Shown here: in pieces, positions 39,334 to 52,603 of the stretch
How positions within the stretch are numbered: the first letter of the stretch is position 1
Layout: every line of letters starts with the position of its first letter
Source: Gemmatimonadota bacterium
GTDB lineage: Bacteria > Gemmatimonadota > Gemmatimonadetes > Gemmatimonadales > GWC2-71-9
Reading direction: 5' to 3'
Assembly: GCA_036679645.1 (NCBI GenBank)
Contig: JAZDCY010000026.1
Span: 8,818-72,817 of the forward strand
Length of the DNA stretch: 64,000 nt
Notes under the pieces: generated by a model
Seen by the model: the letters and a program-made list of their open reading frames with translations, nothing else
Databases searched by the model: none
What the model was told of the DNA's origin: nothing
Position numbers and translations under genes: made by a program

Positions 39334-40359
39334 TTACTTGTAGGCAACCGCCGCGCTGGTCGGGCCGGCGAGCTGGATGATCTCGAACCTGGTGAAGCCC
39401 GCCTCGCTACACCACGCGCGGAAATCAGCGCCCGTGTAATCGAAGGCGTCGCCAAACTCGATAAGCATGTTCAGCGACATCAGCAGGCCGAAAGCGTTCT
39501 CGCGTCGCGCGTCGTCAATCAAGTTCTCAATCGCAATGAAGGCCCCGCCCTGGGGAAGCGCTTCGTAGGCCTTCCCAATCAGGATCTTCTTCTTCTCCAA
39601 GTTCCAGTCGTGCAGGATGTTGCCCATCGTCACCACATCGGCCTTGGGTAGATCGTCCGCGAAAAAATCACCCGCTACAACGGTGATGCGATCGGTCATG
39701 CCGGCCGCGTCGATCTCGCGTTGCGCATGAGGGGACACCGGCGGGAGGTCAAAGCTCGTGAAGGTGAGGTGCTCGTGACGGGCGCCTACGAGTCGGGACA
39801 ACAGCGCCAGGGCACCGCCGACGTCGCTCACGGTCTTGTAGCGGGAAAAATCGAACCCCTCCGCCAACGCCACGAAGTTTCCGACCTGAAGCCCGGTCAT
39901 CGCATTGAGGAATGCGCCGAGCTTGGCCTCACTGGCGTACAACTCCTCGAAGACGGACTTGCCGCTGATCTTCACCTCGTTCTGCGGTTGTCCCGTCTTC
40001 AGCGCCGTGCCTAGATCGTTCCAGAAGCCGAACAGGCGGGCATTGAGCATCTCCGGCATTCCGCCGATGTACGCGGGACTCTTCTTGTCCAGGAATGCGG
40101 CGGTCTCCGGCGAGTTCTTGTACCGTCCATCCGGTCCGTCGCCGTCGCGGTCGAGAAATCTCAGCGCCACCAACGCATCGAAGAAATCGTACGTCCCCCG
40201 CTGGTGCAGCTCCAGGGCCTCGCCAAGCTGTGGTGCGGTCATCGACCCGTCGCCGAGCGCTGAGAAGAGATCCAGTTCCACCGCGGTGAGCAGCACCTTC
40301 GAGGTCCAGAACGCGGTGGCGGTCTGCATGATACGGGTTGGATCGGGTGGGTTGCTCAT
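39334..40359 (-). CDS. SAM-dependent O-methyltransferase (Methyltransf_2 with dimerisation domain)
   Basis: SKVLLTAVELDLF, DVGGA, FDLP, GDFF, NILHDW; GAGGGAGG SD. Confidence 0.92.
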   Translation of the reverse strand: MSNPPDPTRIMQTATAFWTSKVLLTAVELDLFSALGDGSMTAPQLGEALELHQRGTYDFFDALVALRFLDRDGDGPDGRYKNSPETAAFLDKKSPAYIGGMPEMLNARLFGFWNDLGTALKTGQPQNEVKISGKSVFEELYASEAKLGAFLNAMTGLQVGNFVALAEGFDFSRYKTVSDVGGALALLSRLVGARHEHLTFTSFDLPPVSPHAQREIDAAGMTDRITVVAGDFFADDLPKADVVTMGNILHDWNLEKKKILIGKAYEALPQGGAFIAIENLIDDARRENAFGLLMSLNMLIEFGDAFDYTGADFRAWCSEAGFTRFEIIQLAGPTSAAVAYK

Positions 40360-40528
40360 CATCCTCCCTCGCGCGGTGGTGGTTCGGACTGGCCTACACA
40401 CATACGATGCGGCAAGATCCGCGGTGGGCGATCCAACGTCAAGGTGGAGTTGCATCGCACACGCGGGCGCGCATCTTTCTGGTGGGTTACCCTACAGTTT
40501 CTCCCTGAGTCTCGAGGACGCTGGCAAA

Positions 40529-41367
40529 ATGCGCCGCACTGAAGGCACGGCCGTCGGCAAGCTCGACCAGTTCGAAAGCGTATTCCGCGCCGCCGCAAAA
40601 GCTATATTCGAGTACACGCCCGTGCAGGTGAACTCGGTCCTCGTGGTGACGGACCTCGGAAAGAGCGAAGCACGGGCGCTCGGCAATCAGATCGAGGGAT
40701 TCCTCGGCGTCTTGGGCGGCAGCGACGTGGCGTGGCGACTCGTGGCGGGAGATGAGTTCGCCACCGTACCGGACCTGCTCGGACTCGTCGAATCCGAACG
40801 TCCCGATCTCATCTGTACGTATCGCCATCTCCACAGCCAGAGACCCAGGTGACCTCCACACCCGTTGTCGTCCTTCCTCACCCAAGCGCGCAGCGAGCTT
40901 CCGACCACGCACTGAAGGGTACCTCGGTGGTCATGGCGGTTACTGACCACCTCGTGGGCGATCACCGGCATGTGAACTGGGCCGCGCGGTTCACCGAGCC
41001 CAACGGGCGCATGATCCTCGCGAACGTGCAGGACAGTGCGACGTTCGAGCGTTTCATAGACGTGATTTCCAGGATCCCCTCGATCGAGACGGAGCGCGCC
41101 CGCGAGGAGATTCACGAACGGCTGATGCGGGAGGCCGCTGACTACATCGACTCGTGTCGCGAGGTGCTCGAGCGGGAACGCGTGCCGATTGCCGTCGAGA
41201 GCATCGTGACCGTAGGGCACCGACTACGGGAGTACGAGAGGCTCATTGCAGAACACTCGGTCGATCTCCTCGTCTTCAACACGAAAGACGACGACCAACT
41301 CGCGATGCACGGCCTCGCGTATCCGCTGGCAATCGAGTTGCGTCAGATTCCCCTACTCCTGCTCTAG
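40529..41367 (+). pseudogene. Tandem universal-stress-protein-like gene split near 40841
   Basis: DQFESVFR...VLVVTDL...PDLICTYRHLHS, then in another frame TQVTSTPVVVLPHP...VMAVTDH...DLLVFNT...IPLLLL. Confidence 0.7.
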
Positions 41368-41406
41368 CTCACTTCGTCTTTGATCCACGGGGCGCTCGAC
41401 GAGTCA

Positions 41407-42819
41407 ATGATCAACCTACCGATCCAGGAGACGCACGCCGCGGCTCCCGACGTCTCGCTCGGCGTGACACTCCTTTTCACCGGGATCCTCGTCGCTCTAA
41501 TCGTCTCGCTCGCTCTCGAAGAAAAGCTGCACGCCAAGAAGTCGCTGATCGTCGGTCTCTTCGCGGCCGCCTGTCTCTTCCTTGGTGCGGTGCTCCTGCC
41601 GCTACCGTACGGTCCCTACGCGATCGCCGGGCATAATATCGATCTCCCCATCTACATCCCCGCAATCGACTGGGGCGTGATCACGATCATCCTCGGCGCG
41701 AGCCTCTTCGTGGATGTCACGTCGCGGTCGGGTTTGTTCACGTGGATTGCGATCAAGCTCACCAAGCTGTCCAAAGGAGATCCGCTCAAGCTGCTGTGGT
41801 TCTACGGCCTCATGACGGTCGTGTTCTCCGCCGTGCTCAACAACGTGACGGCGATGATCATCGTCGGGTCGTTGAGCGCCGTGTCGCTCGGCAAACTCGG
41901 CAGAACGAACAAGCTCCTTGGGTTTCTACTCATAGAAGGGTTGCTTACCAACGTCGGTGGGTTGCTCACCCTCATCAGCTCGGTACCCAACATCATCGTC
42001 GGCACCGCTGCCAACATCAGCTTCGCCGATTTCTTCATCAAGTCCAGCCCGTACGTCGTCGTCGCCACCGTGCTGACCATCTGGCTCGGTGCAAGGCTCT
42101 TCGCGATCAGAGGGCTGCAGAGCGATGAGGAGCGCGAGGCGGCCGTGCACTTGATCGAGGGATTCGATGAGCGCGATGGTATCGAGAGCCGGGCGTTTTT
42201 CTGGTTCGGCGCCGCGATGTTCGTGGCGTTCATTCTCGCCATTGCCACCGCGTCGGCGACGCCCTACGTCAGCGACCTCGGCATGGGATTCATCGCGCTC
42301 AGCTTTGCGCTCGTCATGCTGATCCGCTACAAGGACGAGGTCGACGAGTTCTATCGAGGGGTAGACTGGGATCTGCTCGCCTTCTTCGCGGCGCTGTTCA
42401 TTGTGATCAACGTGATGGAGCACGCGCAGGTGCTCGCGCTGATCGGCAAGGGACTCGAGCACATGATCGATCTTGGCGCGACGCTGGGCACGGGCGCCGT
42501 GCTCGTCGCGGCCGCCGGATTCAGTTCGGTCACCGACAACATCCCGCTGTCAGCGATGCTGGCGAAGATCGTAGCCGAGCTGCCCGCGGCGGACGGGGCG
42601 CTGCGCGGGCCGAGCGACCCTTTGTGGTGGTCGGTGATCTTCGGCACGAACCTGGGTGGTAATCTCACACCTATCGGGTCGGCATCGACGCTTGTGGCCG
42701 TGACCATCATTCACAAGCACAAGATCTCGCTCAGCTTCAGCGGGTTCGTGCGTGTTGCGCTGCCTTTTGCCGTGGGGCAGGTGGCGCTGGCGTTGGTGTA
42801 TGTTTTGTTTGTTATCTGA
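41407..42819 (+). CDS. ArsB/NhaD/SLC13 (IT superfamily) transporter
   Basis: IDWGVI, SAVLNNVT, TNVGGLLT, PNII, VDWDLL, SSVTDNIP, NLGGNLTPIGS. Confidence 0.9.
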   Translation: MINLPIQETHAAAPDVSLGVTLLFTGILVALIVSLALEEKLHAKKSLIVGLFAAACLFLGAVLLPLPYGPYAIAGHNIDLPIYIPAIDWGVITIILGASLFVDVTSRSGLFTWIAIKLTKLSKGDPLKLLWFYGLMTVVFSAVLNNVTAMIIVGSLSAVSLGKLGRTNKLLGFLLIEGLLTNVGGLLTLISSVPNIIVGTAANISFADFFIKSSPYVVVATVLTIWLGARLFAIRGLQSDEEREAAVHLIEGFDERDGIESRAFFWFGAAMFVAFILAIATASATPYVSDLGMGFIALSFALVMLIRYKDEVDEFYRGVDWDLLAFFAALFIVINVMEHAQVLALIGKGLEHMIDLGATLGTGAVLVAAAGFSSVTDNIPLSAMLAKIVAELPAADGALRGPSDPLWWSVIFGTNLGGNLTPIGSASTLVAVTIIHKHKISLSFSGFVRVALPFAVGQVALALVYVLFVI

Positions 42820-42920
42820 TGAGAGTAGAGCGGCTAGAGCCGCTACTCGGCTGGTGTCGCTAAAGCGACGACGAGGGGATCCAATGCAACATCCGCGCTT
42901 CTCGACGGCTACCGCGACGC

Positions 42921-43295
42921 CTACCGTAGTAAGACGATAAGCGTTACAGAAAGCCCAACGAGCGGAACGAACGTCGCCGTCCAGAAGCCGAACATCCACC
43001 GGAGCAATCGTTTCTCCGACTGACCAAGCGCGGTACGGACGTCCACGCGGAGATCCGCCATGTGCACCAACAGCTCCGCTCGAAGCTCGGCTATTCCTTT
43101 CGCCAAGTCCGCTCTCAGTTCCGCCATCCGCTGCTCGAGCTTGGCATCGAACCGCTGAAAATTCAGCTCATTCAGCTCTCGCAAATCGGCTTTGTACGTA
43201 GCGTCCACGGCGTTGAACCACTCCACGAGTTCATTCGCGATATCATCACCGAACTTCTCGTAAAACTTGCGAGACAGTTTGGCAGTAACCGGCAT
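42921..43295 (-). CDS. Coiled-coil protein with C-terminal TM (DUF1640/CCDC90-like)
   Basis: Heptad AELRA repeats and a hydrophobic tail (LLRWMFGFW...). Confidence 0.75.
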   Translation of the reverse strand: MPVTAKLSRKFYEKFGDDIANELVEWFNAVDATYKADLRELNELNFQRFDAKLEQRMAELRADLAKGIAELRAELLVHMADLRVDVRTALGQSEKRLLRWMFGFWTATFVPLVGLSVTLIVLLR

Positions 43296-43440
43296 CGGTG
43301 GACGCTCCACTGGCTGGACCACCGACACCATACAACATACGCTCGGCCCGACGAGTACCGAAAGAGCGCTTGGGAGGGGTGTCTTCCCGCGTGGGGTGGC
43401 GGACCTCTAGCGTCACGCGAGGCTCTCACCTAGCCGTGCA

Positions 43441-46068
<2,628 letters not shown>

Positions 46069-46215
46069 CTGGAGGCAAAGATAGGACGGCGGCTAGGGGT
46101 TGGGAACGGGAGGGGTAGAGGAGGTGATCGGGAAGGCGTTACTCTGGCGGTTGCCCCGTATCACACTCAGATTCCCCACCAATCGAGACCTGAGATCACT
46201 GGGGGGGGGACTACA

Positions 46216-46857
46216 ATGCGTAAGTCACTGCTGGTGCTGGCCGGAACGCTGTTCGTGGGAACGGGAGCGCAACCGCCACAAGCGTCCATGACCTTCTTCC
46301 TCACGAGTGTGGGCTCCGGGAACGGCGCCGACCTCGGCGGGCTGGAGGGGGCGGACAGGCACTGCCACGCCCTCGCGGAGGCGGTGGACGCCGGTGACGT
46401 CGAGTGGCGTGCATACCTCAGCACGATTGCGGCCGACGGCGAGCCGGCCGTGCACGCGCGGGATCGGATCGGGAGCGGGCCCTGGTACAACGCACGGAGC
46501 GTGATGGTGGCCCGGAACGTCGACGACCTGCACAGCGAGCGCAACAACCTGACCAAGGAGACACAGCTCACCGAGACGGGCGACATGGTGAACGGCCGGG
46601 GCGACCGGCCCAACATGCACGACATCCTGACGGGCTCGCAGCTCGACGGGACGGCGTTCACCGGTGACGAGTACTCCAACTGCGACAACTGGACCAGTAG
46701 CGGCGAGGGGACCACCCGTGTGGGACATCACGACCGGATGGGTAGAGGCGAGAGCGGGGCGTCGTGGAATTCGGCGCACAACTCGCGCGGCTGCAGCCAG
46801 CAGAACCTGATAAGTACCGGTGGCAACGGCCTGTTCTACTGCTTCGCGATCAACTGA
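46216..46857 (+). CDS. Secreted endostatin/C-type-lectin-like protein
   Basis: Signal peptide, GADLGGLEGADRHC, WRAYLS, RIGSGPW, CDNWTS, FYCF. Confidence 0.78.
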   Translation: MRKSLLVLAGTLFVGTGAQPPQASMTFFLTSVGSGNGADLGGLEGADRHCHALAEAVDAGDVEWRAYLSTIAADGEPAVHARDRIGSGPWYNARSVMVARNVDDLHSERNNLTKETQLTETGDMVNGRGDRPNMHDILTGSQLDGTAFTGDEYSNCDNWTSSGEGTTRVGHHDRMGRGESGASWNSAHNSRGCSQQNLISTGGNGLFYCFAIN

Positions 46858-46872
46858 CCCAAGCCCGCGACC

Positions 46873-47577
46873 TCACCTTTCCGCGCTCAGCGCGGTGGTG
46901 GAACGCGGCTGGTTGAGGTAGCTCACCAGCGCCGAGATCTCCCGGTCGTCGAGGCCCAGGTCGGGCATCGTCATCCCGTCGTTGCTCGCGGCGCGGAAGC
47001 GCGCCGGATCGGCCAGCTTCGTGGCGAGCCACTCGGCGGGATACTGCCGCCCGGTCAACTCTGGACCCACGCGCAGCTCGTTCCGCTCGCTCGCTGCGGG
47101 GTCGTCACGTTTCATGTGGCAGGTGACGCATCCCGTCGCGACGAATAGCTGGCGGCCTCGGTCGACCGACCCGAGCGCCTGCCGCGTCCCTCCCGTGGGA
47201 ATCACCCGGACCGGGAGTAACGTGATTCGGGACCCGCGAAAATCAGCGTCGATGGTGATCGACACGGCTCCGGCTTCGACGGCCGTGATGGTTACCTGGT
47301 AGACACCGGGACCGGCACCGGGACTTGGGCTGGCGCTGACGCGCCGGCGCTGCCAGGGCCAGCGGGAGCCCTCCCGCCGCACGGTAACCGTGGGGGAGCG
47401 GCCGCTCAGGAGTTGCTGGCCGTGCTGGCGAATGGTGAAGGTCAGGGGGGTTGGCCGACCCACCTCGAGGTATTCCGGCAGGTCGCGCACGGTGATGACG
47501 GTCCAGCCGCCGAACTCAGCCGGGCTAGCGGCCGTCAGCAGCAGGCCTAGCCCTATGGTCCCGATGGCACGTCGCAT
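46873..47577 (-). CDS. Exported c-type cytochrome with N-terminal Ig-like domain
   Basis: Signal peptide, GRQLF..GCVTCH, GPEL, distal Met in MPDL. Confidence 0.85.
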   Translation of the reverse strand: MRRAIGTIGLGLLLTAASPAEFGGWTVITVRDLPEYLEVGRPTPLTFTIRQHGQQLLSGRSPTVTVRREGSRWPWQRRRVSASPSPGAGPGVYQVTITAVEAGAVSITIDADFRGSRITLLPVRVIPTGGTRQALGSVDRGRQLFVATGCVTCHMKRDDPAASERNELRVGPELTGRQYPAEWLATKLADPARFRAASNDGMTMPDLGLDDREISALVSYLNQPRSTTALSAER

Positions 47578-47596
47578 GGTGCACCTCGCTCTCTCG

Positions 47597-48664
47597 TCAA
47601 CGAATGGCCCAGTTCCAGATCCGGCGACCGATGCGCGTCAACCACGGTTGCGCCTCTTCCGACCACATGGGGTACAGATCGGCCCGCCAGCGTTTGAGCA
47701 TTCGACGGTCGAGCGCCAGGATTCCTTCCATCGTCACGCCGGAGGGCGGTGCGGAGAGGCTCACGAGGCGCGGGTACACCCGTCGGCGGTCATCCGGGTC
47801 CACCCGCTGCAACAGGTGCCACAGCGTGATCCAGCTGCGGTGCCGGAGCGTGATATTGTGCGACGCCGTGTACATGGCGGCGAGGACGACGTCGAGATCG
47901 GTCGCGGACCCCTCCCCCGTGTCCAGCCGATGCAGGGCCGCGCGCGCGTCCTCGGCCAGTTCCACCGCGTATGGCGTGCCCGGCCGGTGCCCTAGCTGCA
48001 CCTCTGCAATGAACCCGGTCGGTACGAGTGATATGTCGTCGCCCTGCTTCAACTCCACCCAACCGGAGGTTACGTGCAGCCAACTCGTTCCGGCACTGTC
48101 TACCTCCAGGGTGTACGCGCAGCCGAGGTCGGTTGCCAGCACGGAGGGCGTCTCCACGAAGAAGAGCCGCGGCGGGGCGCTGATCACGGCGTGGAGCGAC
48201 CCGCGCTCGACGGTCAGCCGGTGCGCCGTGAGACCGGCCCGGTCGAGGCGAACGCGACTGCCGGGCCCCACCTCCACCGTCCCGATCCGGCCGACGCTGA
48301 GGCGGGCGCTGGAGACGGCGTCGGTCACGAGCCATTGCCCGGTGGTGAGGGCGCCGGCCTCGGTCAGTGGGTCGCCGGCCACCGCGGGAGCGCCGGCCAG
48401 CGGCACCACCTTCCAGGCAGACGGCGCACGGTACGCGCGCAGGAGCCCCGCGGTGCCACCACCCACGATGGCGAGCAGCACGGCGGCCGCCGCGAGCCAC
48501 GGCGATCTTACCTGGCGTCGGACGAACCGGACCGCGCGACCGTCGACCGGAGCATGCACCTCGGTCTGGATCCTCTCCCAGAGCGCGTCAGGCTCCGGTG
48601 GGGAGTTGAGCGGGAGGTGCCGCAGCAACTCCTCCAACTCCCGGGGCTCAGGCGTCTGTGACAT
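47597..48664 (-). CDS. FecR-like transmembrane anti-sigma factor
   Basis: LWERI, TM WLAAAAVLLAIV, FecR-like beta region (ERG, VETPS, DLGCAY, VTSGWV); overlaps the sigma gene. Confidence 0.8.
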   Translation of the reverse strand: MSQTPEPRELEELLRHLPLNSPPEPDALWERIQTEVHAPVDGRAVRFVRRQVRSPWLAAAAVLLAIVGGGTAGLLRAYRAPSAWKVVPLAGAPAVAGDPLTEAGALTTGQWLVTDAVSSARLSVGRIGTVEVGPGSRVRLDRAGLTAHRLTVERGSLHAVISAPPRLFFVETPSVLATDLGCAYTLEVDSAGTSWLHVTSGWVELKQGDDISLVPTGFIAEVQLGHRPGTPYAVELAEDARAALHRLDTGEGSATDLDVVLAAMYTASHNITLRHRSWITLWHLLQRVDPDDRRRVYPRLVSLSAPPSGVTMEGILALDRRMLKRWRADLYPMWSEEAQPWLTRIGRRIWNWAIR

Positions 48665-49241
48665 CGAGAGGCTCCTCTGGCGGCGGGTGGCCTGGGTGAA
48701 GGTGCGCGAGCTGGCGCGCCAGGATCGCGTGCGCGCGACTCAACCGCGAGGCGATGGTGCCGACCGAGCAATCGAGCGCCGTCGCGATCTCATCGTATGA
48801 CAGATCGTCGAGGTAGCGGAGCAGCACCGCGAGCCGCAGCTTGGGCGAGAGGCGGGAGACCGCCACGGCCACCTCGCCGCTCAGGTCGGTCGGGTCCGCC
48901 GGTTCCACCGCGGGATGGATTGCCGAGGGGATGTCCCCGAACAGCACCACGCGCCGACGGCGACGCAGCTCGTCGATGCATGCGTTGGCCGCGATCCGGT
49001 ACAACCAGGTCGAGAACCGGGCGTCGGTCCGGAACCCATGCGCGGCCCGGAAGGCCTTCACGAATACCTCCTGCGTGACGTCCAGCGCAGCGGCGTGGTC
49101 GCCGCGCAGGTAATGCAGGGCGACGGAATACACGCGGTCCCGATACCGCTCGTAGACCCGGCGCTGTGCTTCGGGATCGCCCCGGCGGCAGCCTTCGAGG
49201 ATGTCGGCGTCGAGTTCCGGCTCCGCCACGAGGGTCTCCAT
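48648..49241 (-). CDS. ECF sigma-70 factor
   Basis: DVTQEVF, FSTWLYRIAANACID, LSYDEIA...GTIASRLSRA. Confidence 0.94.
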   Translation of the reverse strand: METLVAEPELDADILEGCRRGDPEAQRRVYERYRDRVYSVALHYLRGDHAAALDVTQEVFVKAFRAAHGFRTDARFSTWLYRIAANACIDELRRRRRVVLFGDIPSAIHPAVEPADPTDLSGEVAVAVSRLSPKLRLAVLLRYLDDLSYDEIATALDCSVGTIASRLSRAHAILARQLAHLHPGHPPPEEPLDVTDA

Positions 49242-49299
49242 CTATCGAGTTGGACGGAGCGAGGCTCCGCTTTCTTCCCTCGACATCTCCTTCAAGCGG

Positions 49300-52200
49300 C
49301 TACGGTGGCAGTAGCCGGCGGCCCGGCGTCCACGGCGCGCCTGCCGCTTCGAGTGCCTGCTCCAATTGCGAGAGGTCGCGGTCCAGAGCCGACAGTTCCT
49401 GAAGCAGGGCGCCGAAATCGCTACTGGCGATCTCGAGATTCCGCCGCTGCGTCGCAGTGGGCGCCTGCCGCGTGTTCCAGTGCCCATCAATCACCCGCGC
49501 TACTCGGCCACGAATCGACGGCACGCTCGGCTCGTTCAACTGCCCGCGGATGCGGTCTCCCGAAAGCGCCGTCCGCAATTCCGTCAGCGCCGCGCCGAGC
49601 GTATCGATGCGTGCAAAGAGCACGGGATCAGCAGCGGGCGTCTCGACGAGCGCCGCGCGCATGTGACGTAGCCTGTCCCGCGCCCGGCTAATCTCCTCGC
49701 CTGCGCCGGCCACGCGCCGCATCAACTCGCTCGTCTCCTGTTGGAATACGGCCACCGCACGGAAGTCCGTGCCCGGCGGCGCTGAGGGTACGGGTTTCAC
49801 CTCGAACGACTGCGCGCTGCCGAGTGATTGCACGCCGGCGCTCGAGAACAGCATCAATTCGACACTGTACCGACCGGGTGGGACGAGCGGTCCTTGTGGG
49901 GGCGTCACCCAGGGTGGCGAGAAGTCCGGCGTCTCGAACTCGACCGGGTTCGGCGCCGGCCGACGCAGATCCCAGCTCACGCGGTGGAGCCCGACCTTTA
50001 CCGGTCCCTCGACCCAGCGTATCGGCTGACCCTGCGCGTCGCGCACCATGAGCAACACACGCGGTTCACCCTCGATGGCTTCACGCAGGAGGCGATCGTA
50101 GCCGGGAAACGGCACGTCGTCTCCGCCGTCGCGCAGGTCGCCTTCGGCAGCGCGACGTGCTTCGCGCTGGGTCGGTGGCACCTCGTCGAGGTAGTACGAG
50201 AACACCGCACCGAACGGCGGGTTGGCGGCACGATAACTGTCACTTCCCAATGTGGGCATGCCCCGCGCCTGCATCGGCTCGTTCGGGATGTACCACCACG
50301 TATCCCGTACCGGAAAGAGTGTGCTGCCGGCCAGCGCGCCGGCCGCCATCTCACGGAGCGGCGCATAGTCGTCCAGCACGTAGAACCCTCTTCCGAACGT
50401 GACACCCACGACGTCCCCGTCGCGCCGCTGAATCTTGATGTCCCGGAATGCGATCGTGGGAGCCCCGTCGAGCCTGATCCAATTGGTGCCATGGTTCAGC
50501 GTGACGTACAGCCCGAATTCCGTGCCGAGAAAGATGAGGTTGGGGTTCACGTGATCCTGCTGCAGCGCCCAGACGATGGTGCCGGCTGGAAGGTCCCCGG
50601 CAATCGAGCGCCAGCTGCGCCCGCGGTCGGTGCTCTCGAACACGTACGGCGTCTGGTCGCCGGTCTTGTGCGCGTCCGCGACGGCGAACACCGTCGCCAC
50701 ATCCATCTGCGATGCCTCAACATCATTGATGAAGGAAAAGTCCGGAACGTTCGGGAGGTCGGCCGCAACACGCCAGCTCTGTCCACCGTCCTCGCTCACC
50801 TGAATCAATCCGTCGTCGGATCCGGTATAGATCACGCCCTCCTCGACGGGTGACTCCGAGATCGCGGTGAGCGTGGCGTACCACGACATCGCACTGTTGC
50901 CGTAGAGCGCATCCACGCTCCACACCCGTCCCATCGACTCCAATTCGTACCGATTCTGGTTACGGGTGAGGTCGCCGCTCAACACCGTCCACGAGTTGCC
51001 ACGATCCTCGCTACGCCACAGGCGCTGCGAACCAAAGTAGAGTCGGTTGGCCGCGTGTGGGCTGACGAGAATGGGCGCGTCCCAATTCCAGCGCTCGGGA
51101 GCGTCGCTGGGCGCAGGCTGTGGCTTGATGTCGAGCGCCTCATTGCTGCGACGATCCACCCGAACGAGGTTACCTCGCTGCCACTCCATGTACATGACGT
51201 GGGGATCGCCAGGATCAAAAGCCACGCCGTACCCGTCCGCTCCCAACGGGACATACCAATCCTGGTTGCGTACGCCATCTGTGTGCATCGTCCGTGACGG
51301 GCCGAACAGCGTACCAAGGTCCTGCGCCCCGCCCAGCACGTTGTAGAATGGTTCCGCGTTGTCGAGCGCAAGCTTGTAGAACTGAGATACCGGCAGGTTC
51401 GGGAAGTGACGCCACGTGGCACCCTCGTCGAAGGTCTCATAGAGGCCGGCATCGGTACCCACGATCAGGTGCAATCGATCGTGCGGGTCGATCCACAGTG
51501 CGTGGTTATCGCTATGCTTCGCGTGCCCCGTTTCCAGGTAGTCGAACGTCGCGCCACCGTCCCGCGTGACGTGCACGAATACGTCCATCTGATAGACGAG
51601 ATCTGGATCGTGCGGTGACGCCTCGATCTCCTGATAGTAGTGCGGGCCGGTGCCACCGGAGAGGTAGGCGTTGCGCCGCTCCCAGCTCTCACCCTTGTCC
51701 AGCGACCGGTAGAAACCGCGCTCTTCTTCTTCGTTCGCTTCGACCGTGGCATACACGATCTCCGGACTGGCCGCGGACACCGCGAGACCAATCTTCCCCA
51801 TGTCGCCCTCTGGGAGCCCGACCTCGAGCCGTCGCCACGTCTCGCCGCCGTCGGTCGACTTGTAGATCCCGGACTCGGGGCCGCCCGCCAGCAGCGACCA
51901 GATGTGACGACGGCGCTGATAGGCGGCCGCGTACATCACGTCCGGGTTCGACGGATCGAACTCCACGTCCGTGACGCCCGTGTTCTCGGAGATCGTGAGC
52001 ACCGCGGTCCACGTCTCGCCACCATCCGTCGTCCTGTACAGACCGCGCTCGCCACCCGCTGCCCACAGCGGGCCCTCCGCTGCGACGAACACCACGTTAC
52101 CGTCTCTGGGATCGACGAGGATCTTGCCGATGTGCTCCGATGTTTCGAGCCCCATCCCATCCCAGGAGCGTCCGCCGTCGCGACTGCGATAGACACCACT

Positions 52201-52578
52201 CCCCCAGCCCACGTGCCGGCCGCTAACGTTCTCGCCGGTGCCGACCCACACGACGTCGGGATTGCTCGGGTCGAGCGCCACGTCGCCAATGGAATACGAC
52301 GGTTGGTCGTCGAAGACGGGCGTCCAGGTAACGCCGGCATTGGTAGTCTTCCACAACCCGCCGGATCCCACGGCCACATACCATGTGCTGCGCTTGTCAG
52401 GGTGCACGGCGATATCGGCGATCCGGCCGCCCATGAAGGCTGGTCCGATGCCCCGCAGCGTCAGGCCTGACACTGCCCGTGAAACCATCTCCGGGGTTTG
52501 AGAGGTCACACTCGCTACGGGAGCGAGAGCGAACACGATCAGGAAGGCTAGTGCTGCCTGACGGGCGCGATTACTCAT
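49300..52578 (-). CDS. Secreted VPS10/BNR-repeat glycosyl-hydrolase-like protein (paralogue of 19176..22502)
   Basis: Signal peptide, IGPAFMGGRIAD, Asp-boxes, GGAQD, C-terminal GAPWTPGR. Confidence 0.88.
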   Translation of the reverse strand: MSNRARQAALAFLIVFALAPVASVTSQTPEMVSRAVSGLTLRGIGPAFMGGRIADIAVHPDKRSTWYVAVGSGGLWKTTNAGVTWTPVFDDQPSYSIGDVALDPSNPDVVWVGTGENVSGRHVGWGSGVYRSRDGGRSWDGMGLETSEHIGKILVDPRDGNVVFVAAEGPLWAAGGERGLYRTTDGGETWTAVLTISENTGVTDVEFDPSNPDVMYAAAYQRRRHIWSLLAGGPESGIYKSTDGGETWRRLEVGLPEGDMGKIGLAVSAASPEIVYATVEANEEEERGFYRSLDKGESWERRNAYLSGGTGPHYYQEIEASPHDPDLVYQMDVFVHVTRDGGATFDYLETGHAKHSDNHALWIDPHDRLHLIVGTDAGLYETFDEGATWRHFPNLPVSQFYKLALDNAEPFYNVLGGAQDLGTLFGPSRTMHTDGVRNQDWYVPLGADGYGVAFDPGDPHVMYMEWQRGNLVRVDRRSNEALDIKPQPAPSDAPERWNWDAPILVSPHAANRLYFGSQRLWRSEDRGNSWTVLSGDLTRNQNRYELESMGRVWSVDALYGNSAMSWYATLTAISESPVEEGVIYTGSDDGLIQVSEDGGQSWRVAADLPNVPDFSFINDVEASQMDVATVFAVADAHKTGDQTPYVFESTDRGRSWRSIAGDLPAGTIVWALQQDHVNPNLIFLGTEFGLYVTLNHGTNWIRLDGAPTIAFRDIKIQRRDGDVVGVTFGRGFYVLDDYAPLREMAAGALAGSTLFPVRDTWWYIPNEPMQARGMPTLGSDSYRAANPPFGAVFSYYLDEVPPTQREARRAAEGDLRDGGDDVPFPGYDRLLREAIEGEPRVLLMVRDAQGQPIRWVEGPVKVGLHRVSWDLRRPAPNPVEFETPDFSPPWVTPPQGPLVPPGRYSVELMLFSSAGVQSLGSAQSFEVKPVPSAPPGTDFRAVAVFQQETSELMRRVAGAGEEISRARDRLRHMRAALVETPAADPVLFARIDTLGAALTELRTALSGDRIRGQLNEPSVPSIRGRVARVIDGHWNTRQAPTATQRRNLEIASSDFGALLQELSALDRDLSQLEQALEAAGAPWTPGRRLLPP

Positions 52579-52603
52579 CGGAGTTCCTCGTTGTTGCGTG
52601 ACT

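Noticed and set aside
24370..40850. Programmed ribosomal frameshifting at the M61 (about 24380) and USP-like (about 40841) breaks
   Set aside because: No slippery sequence at either junction, and residues appear to be missing.
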